From: a virus
Lineage: Duplodnaviria > Caudoviricetes
Direction: 5' to 3' (one strand)
Length of the DNA stretch: 64,000 nt
Virus record (IMG/VR): IMGVR_UViG_3300031953_000001
Shown one piece after another: positions 19,377 to 28,881 of the stretch (its first letter is position 1; each line of letters starts with the position of its first letter). The notes below the pieces were generated by a model. That model was not told the DNA's origin, searched no databases, and was given only the letters and a program-made list of their open reading frames with translations. The translations under genes were made by a program, and so were the position numbers.

Positions 19377-21344
19377 TTAGCGAGACGCTTCCCTGGCAAA
19401 GGCGTTTAACATTTGTCCGGGGATGGTGTTCGCTGCCCACATACCGTACTTAGCCGGTGACGACCACTGGCGCCAACTGGCCATCTTCCGGGTCAGACTC
19501 AACCGTAAACGAGACCCTGCGTAAAACTGATCCGCTAACGACAAGCTGCCTAAGACGGCTAGGTAGTCGGTGTAGGCGTTGTCCTCATCAAAGATGCCTG
19601 GAGAGGCGTTCATGGGCATGTGCAAAATGCTGGACAGATCCAACACCGAGAAGGTGACGTCTATACCCAACGGCTCTTGGTTGCGAGTCCAACCCACGTT
19701 ACCCACACCACGGGTGATCTGCAAGCTGTCAATCACACCCAATCGAACCTGCTGGCGGCCTTTGTCAAAGATCTCCACTAAGAACGGCGAGTCGTACGAA
19801 TGCTTACCCGTAGACTTCGGTAACGCACCGGCTAGGATCATGCTCAAGGGCACGTACAGATTCATAAACCGAGACATCTTGTTGCCGTACGGGGTACGCA
19901 GGTGCATGGTGTAAGTGGACTTAGGCAGATCCGCGGTGGAGTTTTGCCACACTTGTGGGATGTCCACAAAAGCGTTGCCCATCAAAGCCCCAAGACCTGA
20001 GACCCCAAGCGACTCGCCCACGCCTCCAACAAACTCTTTTGCTGAGTTAAGTACCCCCCCAACCAAAGCCCCCACGGCGCCGTCGGAGATGTTGCCATCG
20101 GCAAAGCTGAATCGTCCTGAACGTGCACCGGACGACATGCCGTTGATCTTACTGGCAATTTGAGATTCACCAGCGGAGTTGCTAAACGATTCTCCGATGT
20201 CACCGGTGTGGTTGACTCGGAACGTGGCGAACTGACTGCCGTCTCGAATCTCCGCTTCGGCGAATTCGATGAAACTTGAAAACCAACTGGCGTTCTCCTC
20301 AGGCTTATCGAAAATCCCTTTCTCCATGCTGTCGCCTGCGGTGCTCCCTTCCTTAGGGGTACCCGGGGCTTGATCCATCCAATGCGCCAAGTAAGTCTGC
20401 GCACCAGGATCGACTCCCGGAATGGCTTCGAACTGATGGGCTGGGACTTTCATGGTCGTCACTTCATTGATGTGGTCGATCATGTTCCCTTGCAGGTCAC
20501 CAACGGTCTCGGTTTTGGCGATGACATCGTTTAACTTCTCCCGCGCTCGATCTGCCAGACGCTGTGCTCGACTGGCCACAGCGTAGACATCGATGCCCCC
20601 ACCTTCGTGATAAATGTCTGGCAGTAAGTTGTGGTACGCGGCTATGTCGTCTGGACCGTAAGTGGCGCCGTCGTTTTGATCCACGATGGCGCCTGAGTTG
20701 TATTCCTCCCCTTCCGCGGCGTCGTCTGGACGAGTGGCGGTGGCTTGGTTTTTATCCGAGGCAAACACCCGCGGGATGATGCCCATGTTCACCGCTATGC
20801 CGTTGGCAATCGAGTTGACGGCGCTCCAGTACAGCGGCATCGCCGGTTTGAGGTAATAGAACTTACTGGACGGTTTGCGGGCCAAGTAACGGTACACGCG
20901 ACCTGCCATGATCAGGGGGAGCAAGGGTAGCGTCACCACAAACCCACTGACTCGACCTAGGTTGTAAAAGAACCCTGGACTGCGCCCGGTACGAGACAAG
21001 ATAGAGGCACCTGAATCGTAGAACCCGGTAAAGAACGTCATCAACGAATTGAACTGAGGCAAACCAAACCGCATGTGGATCAGCTGGCCGTTGTCGTCGA
21101 TGGCTTCGCTGTACTTACGGCCCATGCCTTTTGAGCGCCCACCGCGGACATTAACCTTCAGATCCGCAGTGCGTGTGAATTGGGGTGGGGGGTTGATTGC
21201 AAAGTTGCCCCCCAGGGTGGTGTCTGTGAACTTGGAATAAGCACCGCTGAGTCGAGACCGTTGAGCGGCCATCTGATCCGCCGCGTGGGACGGAATCATA
21301 AAACTGGATTTAACCCATTTACTGTCTTCAATTGGGCTGGTCAT
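19377..21344 (-). CDS. virion/baseplate structural protein (phiKZ gp182-like)
   Basis: 655 aa; immediately downstream of the gp181 homolog; GGNFAINPPPQFTRTAD and YDSPFLVEIFDKGR motifs recalled from phiKZ-like phages. Confidence 0.7.
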   Translation of the reverse strand: MTSPIEDSKWVKSSFMIPSHAADQMAAQRSRLSGAYSKFTDTTLGGNFAINPPPQFTRTADLKVNVRGGRSKGMGRKYSEAIDDNGQLIHMRFGLPQFNSLMTFFTGFYDSGASILSRTGRSPGFFYNLGRVSGFVVTLPLLPLIMAGRVYRYLARKPSSKFYYLKPAMPLYWSAVNSIANGIAVNMGIIPRVFASDKNQATATRPDDAAEGEEYNSGAIVDQNDGATYGPDDIAAYHNLLPDIYHEGGGIDVYAVASRAQRLADRAREKLNDVIAKTETVGDLQGNMIDHINEVTTMKVPAHQFEAIPGVDPGAQTYLAHWMDQAPGTPKEGSTAGDSMEKGIFDKPEENASWFSSFIEFAEAEIRDGSQFATFRVNHTGDIGESFSNSAGESQIASKINGMSSGARSGRFSFADGNISDGAVGALVGGVLNSAKEFVGGVGESLGVSGLGALMGNAFVDIPQVWQNSTADLPKSTYTMHLRTPYGNKMSRFMNLYVPLSMILAGALPKSTGKHSYDSPFLVEIFDKGRQQVRLGVIDSLQITRGVGNVGWTRNQEPLGIDVTFSVLDLSSILHMPMNASPGIFDEDNAYTDYLAVLGSLSLADQFYAGSRLRLSLTRKMASWRQWSSPAKYGMWAANTIPGQMLNAFAREASR

Positions 21345-21399
21345 GGGGACTCCTACTGAGAAAAAGACTGGGGGCCCGAAGACCCCCAGAGTCGTTTCA

Positions 21400-24300
21400 T
21401 TACGTCAAAGGCACACCCGCCGGTAGAGGTTTGTCAGACTCACCTCCGCTCCGACTCAAGGTGCCCCGACCACTGGCCGGTTGCTTGCGGGTTTCCAGGT
21501 CCCGTTGTTTCTTGTGGTCTTGGAAGTACGCGTTGATTTCCTTAAGCGAGTGATCCATGCTTTGCTGCGTCGTGTGACTGGCGGTTAGAACGGTGACCAT
21601 CCGAGACATTTCCTCAGACATCCGCACGCTGGCGGTGTTGGCTTGCACCGCCGTTTGACGGGCGATCCGTTCTTGCCGGGCGCGTTGCGACACAGCGCGG
21701 TCCGATGCGCCGTCGGTGACCTCGATTTGACGGCCTTGTGACATAGCCTCGCTTTCTGCGGCCAGACGTGCTTCGGTCGATTTCTCAACCCAAGGGTCGG
21801 AGATACCGGACGCTGCTGCGATAGGTACCTTTGAAGCACTCTGAGAGGCTGCTGGTACAGGACTTGTTACTATCCTAACCGGACGCCCATTGCGATTTGT
21901 CTTAGGCGCCACAGCTCTCTGAGTGGCCTTCATCGCTGCACTCGCAGAAACCACAGCTTCAGGCGTTGGTCGATTGCCCGTGCGTCTATCGGTTTCCGCT
22001 TCCGCCAGTGCGTCGGTGCGATCGGCTTCTGAGGGTGGGGGTAGGGTCTTGAGTGCTTTCTCAAGCTCCTCGTTGACCTTCTCCACCCCTGGAAGACGCG
22101 ACACGGCGACGAACGGCGATACTGAGCCATACGGCATCTGGTCGCCTTTGAACTGGGTCCGGCGCAAGTAACTGCGTTTAAGGTCCGAGTCCATGTCGTC
22201 GGTTTCCGTCAAGTCAGCCGAGCCTGTCATGTCTTTCGCTATCACAGCGTGACTTAAGTACACCGGCTTAAACCTTTCTTGAAACCACATCAACCAGCGA
22301 CTGACTGCGACTTGATCGCTGATGTCCACGCCGAAGTCGTCCATAACCTCTTCCAGATCGATGCCTTTACCCAAAGTGGCTAAGCGCTTGCCGTCGAACT
22401 GAACTTCGTCTTCCATGGCGTCTTCCACCAACGCGATCTGACCGACCTGATCTTTGTCGTCCGGGTTGGCGCCGTATTGCGCTAACCGCACCCGATGCAA
22501 GGGACCGTCAGGCTGCCGTGAAAAGTGACGGTACGCAAGGTAACCGCCCACTCCTACAGCTGCGACTGCGCCTGCGGCTAAAACCACCGGTGCGCTGAGC
22601 ACACTGGCGGCCGCTGACCCCAGACCTAACAGCGCCTTACCAGCACCGATCGCTAACGCCTTACCGCCCATCAAAGCTGCGGGTATCGCAAACTTAGCCG
22701 CCGTGCCGATACCTCGACCCACTGAACCACCGACTTTCTTAAGACCGCCCCACAAACGCCCCAATTTACTGGTAGGACGCGCAGGAGGAGTAGCCGGCGG
22801 ACGTGCGCCGGGCAGTAAGCCGCCAGCCACATCCAGACCTGCACCCACAGCCGCGGCACCGGCGCCGCCCAAACCGAGCATGCCTTTTAGCTTATCCAAC
22901 ATACCGCCACCGGCAGAGTCTCGGTCTCGGGCTTTGGCCTTCTCTCGAGCCGACCTGGGTGCAGACGACGCTTCTTGATCGTCGCCGTACAGCTGCGACC
23001 GCCAGCCGCCTTTGCGCAGCGGCTTTTCCATCCGGTCATCCAGTATGTCACGGATCTCTTTCAACAGCGACACTTGCTGTTTACTGGACGATCCCAACAA
23101 ACTAAACCCTCCGCCTTCCTCAGCCTCGCCACCGCCACCGCCACGGGTTAAGTTAAAGGCACCCTTGGCCAAACCGCCCATGGCTTTGTAAGCCCCAGAC
23201 AGATAACCGGTCACGCCCTTAACCACGCCCTTGACAGCACTCTTAGCCCCACTGAGAAGTCCTCGGATGGCTTTGCCGCGCCAATCGGTCAGTCCTTGTT
23301 GAATGTCGGCGTGCGATAACACCACGTTGCCCTGTCGGTCTTTGACCTCACCGTCTATGTCTCGGAGGCTGTTGATCACTTTACCACTGGCGGCGGATAC
23401 GTAACCGCCGTTTTTCATGATCACCGCTAAGAGCCGAGGTTTGTTTTCCCCTTTGACGTATATGTCTCTGGGACGAGTGAGCCAACTTTTGCCGGTACTG
23501 AGTACAGAGCCCGCCACTGAAAACATTGCCCGATAAGGCGACGTCATGGCGCTGGTCAAGCCGCCCGTAAGCGACTTGATGCGATCCATCACGGACGCGC
23601 CTTCACGATTGACCAGAAGACCTTCGTCTAAATCGTACTGACTGATCACCACGTCGCCTTTGTCGTCGATGACTGGACCTGTGATCTCATCAATGCGTTG
23701 GACTATGTCTCCGGTTTGCTGATCGAAGTAACGACCCAACCGCAGATCGCGAGCCAGCATGACGGGTCGGTTTTGTCCTTGAAGGTAAATGTCCATGACC
23801 CCGTCGCTTTCTGAGCGACCGCCTGAGAACATCTTCCCCGCAAGGTTGCCCAACATGCCGGTACCGCCTTTGGCCAGATTACCGACCGACGACCAGACCC
23901 CACCGTAAAAGCTCATGATACCACCGACGCCCGATGCGGCGCCTCGCCCTAACCGTTTAAGCATGCCCGGTTCGGTAGACGCTCCGGCCATCTCGGCCAA
24001 CGTCAGGTTCTCAATGGAGGTTTGCAGTTGTTCCGTCTTACGGTCTAGGTGCGACATCAGTTGATCCAACAATCCCTGAGCGCGTGCCCAGTAACCGTCG
24101 CCGCTGTCACCGCCTGTGCCGTCGTTATCAGAACCACCACCATCACCGCCGCCGGATGAGATCATGCGCCGCTGCACCTGCTCCACCACCCGATTTAAGA
24201 CGTCTCGACCCAACTGCGCTGAGGCTTTTGATTTCTGAGCGACTTTCTCACTCAGTTCGCCGCCTGCGATGTTGAGTCTGGTCATGACCGTGTCTGTGGT

Positions 24301-27168
24301 GTCGGCACCCAACACGCTTAACTGCTGCGTCTTGTCCGACAACCCAGACCGCAGTTGCCGTCCTTTGTCTTTCCCACGGTTCAGCAGATCGCTCAGTTGT
24401 TGACGCGAATCCTCGTCGGGTAGGTGCCCTTGCAGGTACTTCTTAATGTCCCCCATCTTTGAGTCGTAACGCTGATCGTTCATAGACACAGACGCACTGC
24501 CGGCCACTCGACCCATCCCTGTGTCCATCGACTGTCCATACACCGTGCTGTCTTCCCCGACTGCCGAGGCTCGAGCTTGTGCCCCGCCAAACATGCTTTT
24601 CATTTTTACAGGAAGCATGTTCAGTTCTCGGCGACCGCGCGCAGCGTCTAATTGCGACACTGACCCTCGGGTTGACCCTAAGACATCACCCCACCGATCT
24701 TGTTGTCGCTCAGTCAGACCGGTACGAGCGTTTTTAGGTTGATCTCGACGTGAAGGACCTTGGGGTCCAGAGGGACCGCCACTAGGACCACCGCCAGGAC
24801 CGCCACCTAGACTGTCTTTCAAGAGGGTGTATATGTCTTTCAACCAGCGTGCGTTCAGATCCAGATGTTTCAGCGGGTTGATCTTCCCGATGGCGTCTAG
24901 GACGTGTTCGAATTGTCTCCGGAGGTCGTCGCTTCTTTGAACCTCCACAAGTCGTTCCAGAACCCCCACAACTCGATCAAGACCCCGAGGGTCAACGCCA
25001 GAGCCGCCACCAAGACCGTGACGGCCAAACGACCCACCCGTCTCGTCCTCAGCTGCACCATCGCGACGACGTACGTCAGATACCTCATCCGTCGGTTCTC
25101 CTCGATTGGACGTTTCGCCCAGGTTGATGTAATCCAAGATACTGGCCGTGTCGGCTCGCGTCTCTCCTGGGGCTTGATCCTGGGTCACCAGTCCCGCTTC
25201 TCTGAGCGTTCTGGCGCCGTATAAAGGCATCAGTCGAGCAATGGTCTCCTGGTAGTTGGGTATGTCTTCTTTAGCCCGGTTAAAGACCCGCGCGGAGTCG
25301 GATCTTAACGCCACCGCGTGTCGGTCGTATTTGCGGAAGCCCCCGTCGTCTCGAAGAAACCCTTCTTTGATCAGGTGGCGTATTTCTCCGACCAAGTCCT
25401 CATCGGCGACTTCGTACAAACCACCCGGCTCAAAGTAACGGACAGGGTCGAACCTGCGTCCTTGAGACGCATCGCTCAACATCTGCCGAGTAAAGGCCAT
25501 CCGAGCGTCGTCCGACAAACGGCGGTCTGGGTCTATGCGATCGACAATGGTAGTCAGATCGTCACGGATCGATTCCATCCGACCTTCGGGTAATGCCCGC
25601 TTAACCAACCGACGTTGCGTGGCGCCTTGGGTGCTGATCTCACCGGTTTCAAAATCGAACCCACGTCTGGGAGTGCTGGCGTCTGAAGTGCGCATCATCT
25701 CCGTTTCGTGCAAGATCTCACCCAAGAGTCCGGGGATGATCTCAGTGATCGACTTGTCCGCTAAGCTGGTGTAAGGCGATGCTTCGCTGGCCAACTCAGT
25801 GGCGTCTCGACCAAACGATGCTTCTGGTGATTTGCTGCCCATGAACCCAAGCATCATCTCAGCCAAACTGCCTTTAGTCGCATCCACAGCTCCGCCAAAG
25901 CCGGTGCGTTCCATGCTGTCGCGTTGACCCATCAGGTAATCGCGAACCATCTCAGACTTGTTGTCGCTGTAATACTCCAGGTTGTTGCCAATCCGAGAGA
26001 CGGTGTCGTTGCGACCCAAGGTCATGCCAAGCTTCTTAGCCAAGGCCGCCATGCCACTGGAGCCCGCCACATCGCCACCAATCTGACCGCCGAGTTCGGC
26101 TTGGTCGATGGGAACGTCGTCTACCATGTCCATGGTGTTGGACGCGGAGCGAATGCCCTCAGCAAAGTTCCCAGTGACGTTACCCACCGCCTTCGTCAGT
26201 TTCTCTTTTAAGCCCGCGGTTTTGTTTTGAACCATACCGCCGACTTTACCCAACATCCGTTCACGCAACATCGCCCGTGCGGCTTCGTTGGTCTGGGTCT
26301 TGACAAACTCCGGCATAGCGGTGTTCTTGACCACCGCGTTCAGATGTTCATTGGTCTGCTTAACAAACGCCTGACTTAAGGCATAATGGTCCCGAGCAAC
26401 AAAGAACTGTCTGTATTGAAGTTCCAAAGACTTGCGTTGATAAGATGCGGTTACGCGGTCTTGATAATCCACCAGCCGCTCAACACCCGAACGCATCATG
26501 TTCAACAGATTGGATTCGGTCTTCCAACGGGCTTCACTGATCAGGTCTTCTTTGAACCGCTCGCCGTTGTCGCGCTGGTCGCGCTGCATGGCCAGGTCTA
26601 ACTGAGCGCCCAACAGATTGCGAGTGCGGACCTCACTGCGTAACCGCTTGGATTGATCGTCTTTCTGTTTCTGTGATTGATCGGCCAAGAAGTCCCCGAA
26701 GACTTCGGACACCGCTGAGGTCATCTCTACCTTATTCAGATCGATCTGCGCCAGACGTTCGTCGACCACATCCTCAGGTGCAACCAACTCCTCCAATCGA
26801 GCCTGAAGGCCCGGTGGAAAGATGTCTTTGGTTTTTCCAGCGACGTAACGACCGATTTTCTTCAGGTCACGTCGTACGGGGACAAGGTTTTCTCTCGCCG
26901 TATCGTATAGATCCTGGCCAAGATCGACCGCACTTTCAGCGTCTCCGACCGCTTTGCCATAACCCGCCGGTAAGGCGTTGCGGATCATCTCTCGCTGATT
27001 GCTGCGGTTGAGCGCAGCGGTTTTCAAGCCGTTGTAAAAGCCACCGGTAACTTTATCGATGGGGGTGCGTTTGTCGTTACCCCCATCCAGCATTGAATCG
27101 TCAAAATCTGGAATGTCGAGATCGTCATCCAGGTCTGGCTTATCGAGATCTGGGTCTTTACTGGCCAT
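21400..27168 (-). CDS. very large tail protein (phiKZ gp181 / SPN3US gp239-like; tape-measure-like)
   Basis: About 1920 aa; start moved to MASKDP at 27168 with AGGAG upstream; divergent from the virion RNAP beta' gene; two DIY.xG...P.L...G.Y repeats; RLAQYG block. Confidence 0.75.
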   Translation of the reverse strand: MASKDPDLDKPDLDDDLDIPDFDDSMLDGGNDKRTPIDKVTGGFYNGLKTAALNRSNQREMIRNALPAGYGKAVGDAESAVDLGQDLYDTARENLVPVRRDLKKIGRYVAGKTKDIFPPGLQARLEELVAPEDVVDERLAQIDLNKVEMTSAVSEVFGDFLADQSQKQKDDQSKRLRSEVRTRNLLGAQLDLAMQRDQRDNGERFKEDLISEARWKTESNLLNMMRSGVERLVDYQDRVTASYQRKSLELQYRQFFVARDHYALSQAFVKQTNEHLNAVVKNTAMPEFVKTQTNEAARAMLRERMLGKVGGMVQNKTAGLKEKLTKAVGNVTGNFAEGIRSASNTMDMVDDVPIDQAELGGQIGGDVAGSSGMAALAKKLGMTLGRNDTVSRIGNNLEYYSDNKSEMVRDYLMGQRDSMERTGFGGAVDATKGSLAEMMLGFMGSKSPEASFGRDATELASEASPYTSLADKSITEIIPGLLGEILHETEMMRTSDASTPRRGFDFETGEISTQGATQRRLVKRALPEGRMESIRDDLTTIVDRIDPDRRLSDDARMAFTRQMLSDASQGRRFDPVRYFEPGGLYEVADEDLVGEIRHLIKEGFLRDDGGFRKYDRHAVALRSDSARVFNRAKEDIPNYQETIARLMPLYGARTLREAGLVTQDQAPGETRADTASILDYINLGETSNRGEPTDEVSDVRRRDGAAEDETGGSFGRHGLGGGSGVDPRGLDRVVGVLERLVEVQRSDDLRRQFEHVLDAIGKINPLKHLDLNARWLKDIYTLLKDSLGGGPGGGPSGGPSGPQGPSRRDQPKNARTGLTERQQDRWGDVLGSTRGSVSQLDAARGRRELNMLPVKMKSMFGGAQARASAVGEDSTVYGQSMDTGMGRVAGSASVSMNDQRYDSKMGDIKKYLQGHLPDEDSRQQLSDLLNRGKDKGRQLRSGLSDKTQQLSVLGADTTDTVMTRLNIAGGELSEKVAQKSKASAQLGRDVLNRVVEQVQRRMISSGGGDGGGSDNDGTGGDSGDGYWARAQGLLDQLMSHLDRKTEQLQTSIENLTLAEMAGASTEPGMLKRLGRGAASGVGGIMSFYGGVWSSVGNLAKGGTGMLGNLAGKMFSGGRSESDGVMDIYLQGQNRPVMLARDLRLGRYFDQQTGDIVQRIDEITGPVIDDKGDVVISQYDLDEGLLVNREGASVMDRIKSLTGGLTSAMTSPYRAMFSVAGSVLSTGKSWLTRPRDIYVKGENKPRLLAVIMKNGGYVSAASGKVINSLRDIDGEVKDRQGNVVLSHADIQQGLTDWRGKAIRGLLSGAKSAVKGVVKGVTGYLSGAYKAMGGLAKGAFNLTRGGGGGEAEEGGGFSLLGSSSKQQVSLLKEIRDILDDRMEKPLRKGGWRSQLYGDDQEASSAPRSAREKAKARDRDSAGGGMLDKLKGMLGLGGAGAAAVGAGLDVAGGLLPGARPPATPPARPTSKLGRLWGGLKKVGGSVGRGIGTAAKFAIPAALMGGKALAIGAGKALLGLGSAAASVLSAPVVLAAGAVAAVGVGGYLAYRHFSRQPDGPLHRVRLAQYGANPDDKDQVGQIALVEDAMEDEVQFDGKRLATLGKGIDLEEVMDDFGVDISDQVAVSRWLMWFQERFKPVYLSHAVIAKDMTGSADLTETDDMDSDLKRSYLRRTQFKGDQMPYGSVSPFVAVSRLPGVEKVNEELEKALKTLPPPSEADRTDALAEAETDRRTGNRPTPEAVVSASAAMKATQRAVAPKTNRNGRPVRIVTSPVPAASQSASKVPIAAASGISDPWVEKSTEARLAAESEAMSQGRQIEVTDGASDRAVSQRARQERIARQTAVQANTASVRMSEEMSRMVTVLTASHTTQQSMDHSLKEINAYFQDHKKQRDLETRKQPASGRGTLSRSGGESDKPLPAGVPLT

Positions 27169-27218
27169 GAGCTCGCTCCTTTTAACTTGTGTCATAGGAT
27201 TCGAAATGGTGACCATCG

Positions 27219-28847
27219 ATGGCAACTGAACGAGCACCGTTTAATGTTAAGCTTCTAAAGCTGACGCCGGCGCAATTGCGCCTTATAAACCCAATCGCAA
27301 GTCTGGATCGCTTTGACGGTGCAGGCTCCGCCAACTTCCATGCGCATGGGTTGTTCTCCACCGAGATCTTCGGTCGTGTGGGCGATGAGGCCCGTGATCA
27401 GAACTTCGGGTACATTCCTTTAAAGACGGCCATACTCCACCCGGTCATCTACCAGCGCTTGGAACGCTTGAAACGTTTGTACATCGGTATCCTCTCAGGG
27501 AAAGAGTTTGCCGTTTGGGATACCGCCGAGAAAGACTTTGTGGCGTCTGATGAGTTGGATGGCCAGACCGGTTTTCAATTCTTCATGGAACACTGGGAAG
27601 AGTTGACCTTCCGTGACGGTGCCTCGGAAATCCGCAAGATGCGGATATCGTTGATTGATAAGTTCCGAGACGAGGCGGTGTTGAACAACGTGTTGGTTAT
27701 GCCCGCAGGCTTAAGAGACGCTGAGGTGGACAGTCTAGGTCGCACTCGAGAAGATGAGATCAACGACCACTACCGCAGCCTCATTCGAATCTCCAACACC
27801 ATTGCCAAGTCCACTAAAGGCGATTCCGAGGTCTTGAACGCCCCTCGCTGGTCAATGCAACAAGCGTTCAACGAAGTGTACGTGACCATCGAAAACATGC
27901 TTTCAGGTAAGAAGGGTTTCTTACAGGATAAGTGGGGCTCGCGGAACATCATGGACGGCACGCGAAACGTGATCTCCTCTATGGACATCTCCGCACCCGA
28001 CTTGGACAGCAAGGACTACCCAGGGCCGGACGATACCGTCTTAGGGCTGTGGCAGGTCTCACGAGGGGCTTTACCGGTCACCCTTGCGCGTCTACGTCAG
28101 AACTTGTTGGACGACGTCTTTGGCGATGTGGAAGGCAACGTTCGTCTGGTAGACACCAAAACCCGAGAGGCTGAGTTTGTACAAGTCTCCGCTCAAACGT
28201 ACGATCGCTGGACCACCACTGAGGGGTTGGAGAAAGTGGTTGGTATGCAGAAGATGATTGAGATGCGGGCCAAGCCGGTGATGATTGAAGGGCGCTACTT
28301 GATGTTGGTGTACAAGCCCAAATCCGATCTGGTGTTTAAGCTGTTCAACGACATCCGCGAATTGCCTGAAGGCCTCAGTAAGAAAGACGTCTACCCACTG
28401 ACCTACGAGGAACTGATCTACCTATCCAACTACCGAGAATGGAACAGCCTTAGGGTCATCTCCACTCGGTATCCGGTAGCGGAGGAAGGCAGTACTTATC
28501 CGTCGCGGGTCTTTCTAAGAACCACAGTAACGTCAGAGGCGCGGGTTGAGTTGGGGATGGATTGGCAACCGTTGCCTGCTGAGGACAACACCGCTAAGGT
28601 GTATCCGGTGTTTGATCCTGAGTCGTACATCGACTCCGCCATGGTGCACCCATACCGCGTTAAGGGCCTCAATGCTGATTACGATGGTGACATGATTTCT
28701 AACAACATCCTGTATACCAAAGAATCGATCGAGGAGATTGACCGTTACCTCAACTCGAAGTCGGCACACATAGATCCTGCCGGTGGCCTTAGAGCCAGCG
28801 CTTCGATCGATACGACTAATCTGGTCATGTACAACATCACCGGCTAA
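27219..28847 (+). CDS. virion RNA polymerase beta' subunit, N-terminal part (phiKZ gp180-like)
   Basis: GLFSTEIFG, VMPAGLRD, KKG...WGSR and catalytic GLNADYDGD motif. Confidence 0.9.
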   Translation: MATERAPFNVKLLKLTPAQLRLINPIASLDRFDGAGSANFHAHGLFSTEIFGRVGDEARDQNFGYIPLKTAILHPVIYQRLERLKRLYIGILSGKEFAVWDTAEKDFVASDELDGQTGFQFFMEHWEELTFRDGASEIRKMRISLIDKFRDEAVLNNVLVMPAGLRDAEVDSLGRTREDEINDHYRSLIRISNTIAKSTKGDSEVLNAPRWSMQQAFNEVYVTIENMLSGKKGFLQDKWGSRNIMDGTRNVISSMDISAPDLDSKDYPGPDDTVLGLWQVSRGALPVTLARLRQNLLDDVFGDVEGNVRLVDTKTREAEFVQVSAQTYDRWTTTEGLEKVVGMQKMIEMRAKPVMIEGRYLMLVYKPKSDLVFKLFNDIRELPEGLSKKDVYPLTYEELIYLSNYREWNSLRVISTRYPVAEEGSTYPSRVFLRTTVTSEARVELGMDWQPLPAEDNTAKVYPVFDPESYIDSAMVHPYRVKGLNADYDGDMISNNILYTKESIEEIDRYLNSKSAHIDPAGGLRASASIDTTNLVMYNITG

Positions 28848-28881
28848 AGGTCGGTCGACCCACATTCGCTCGGAGTGCGTT

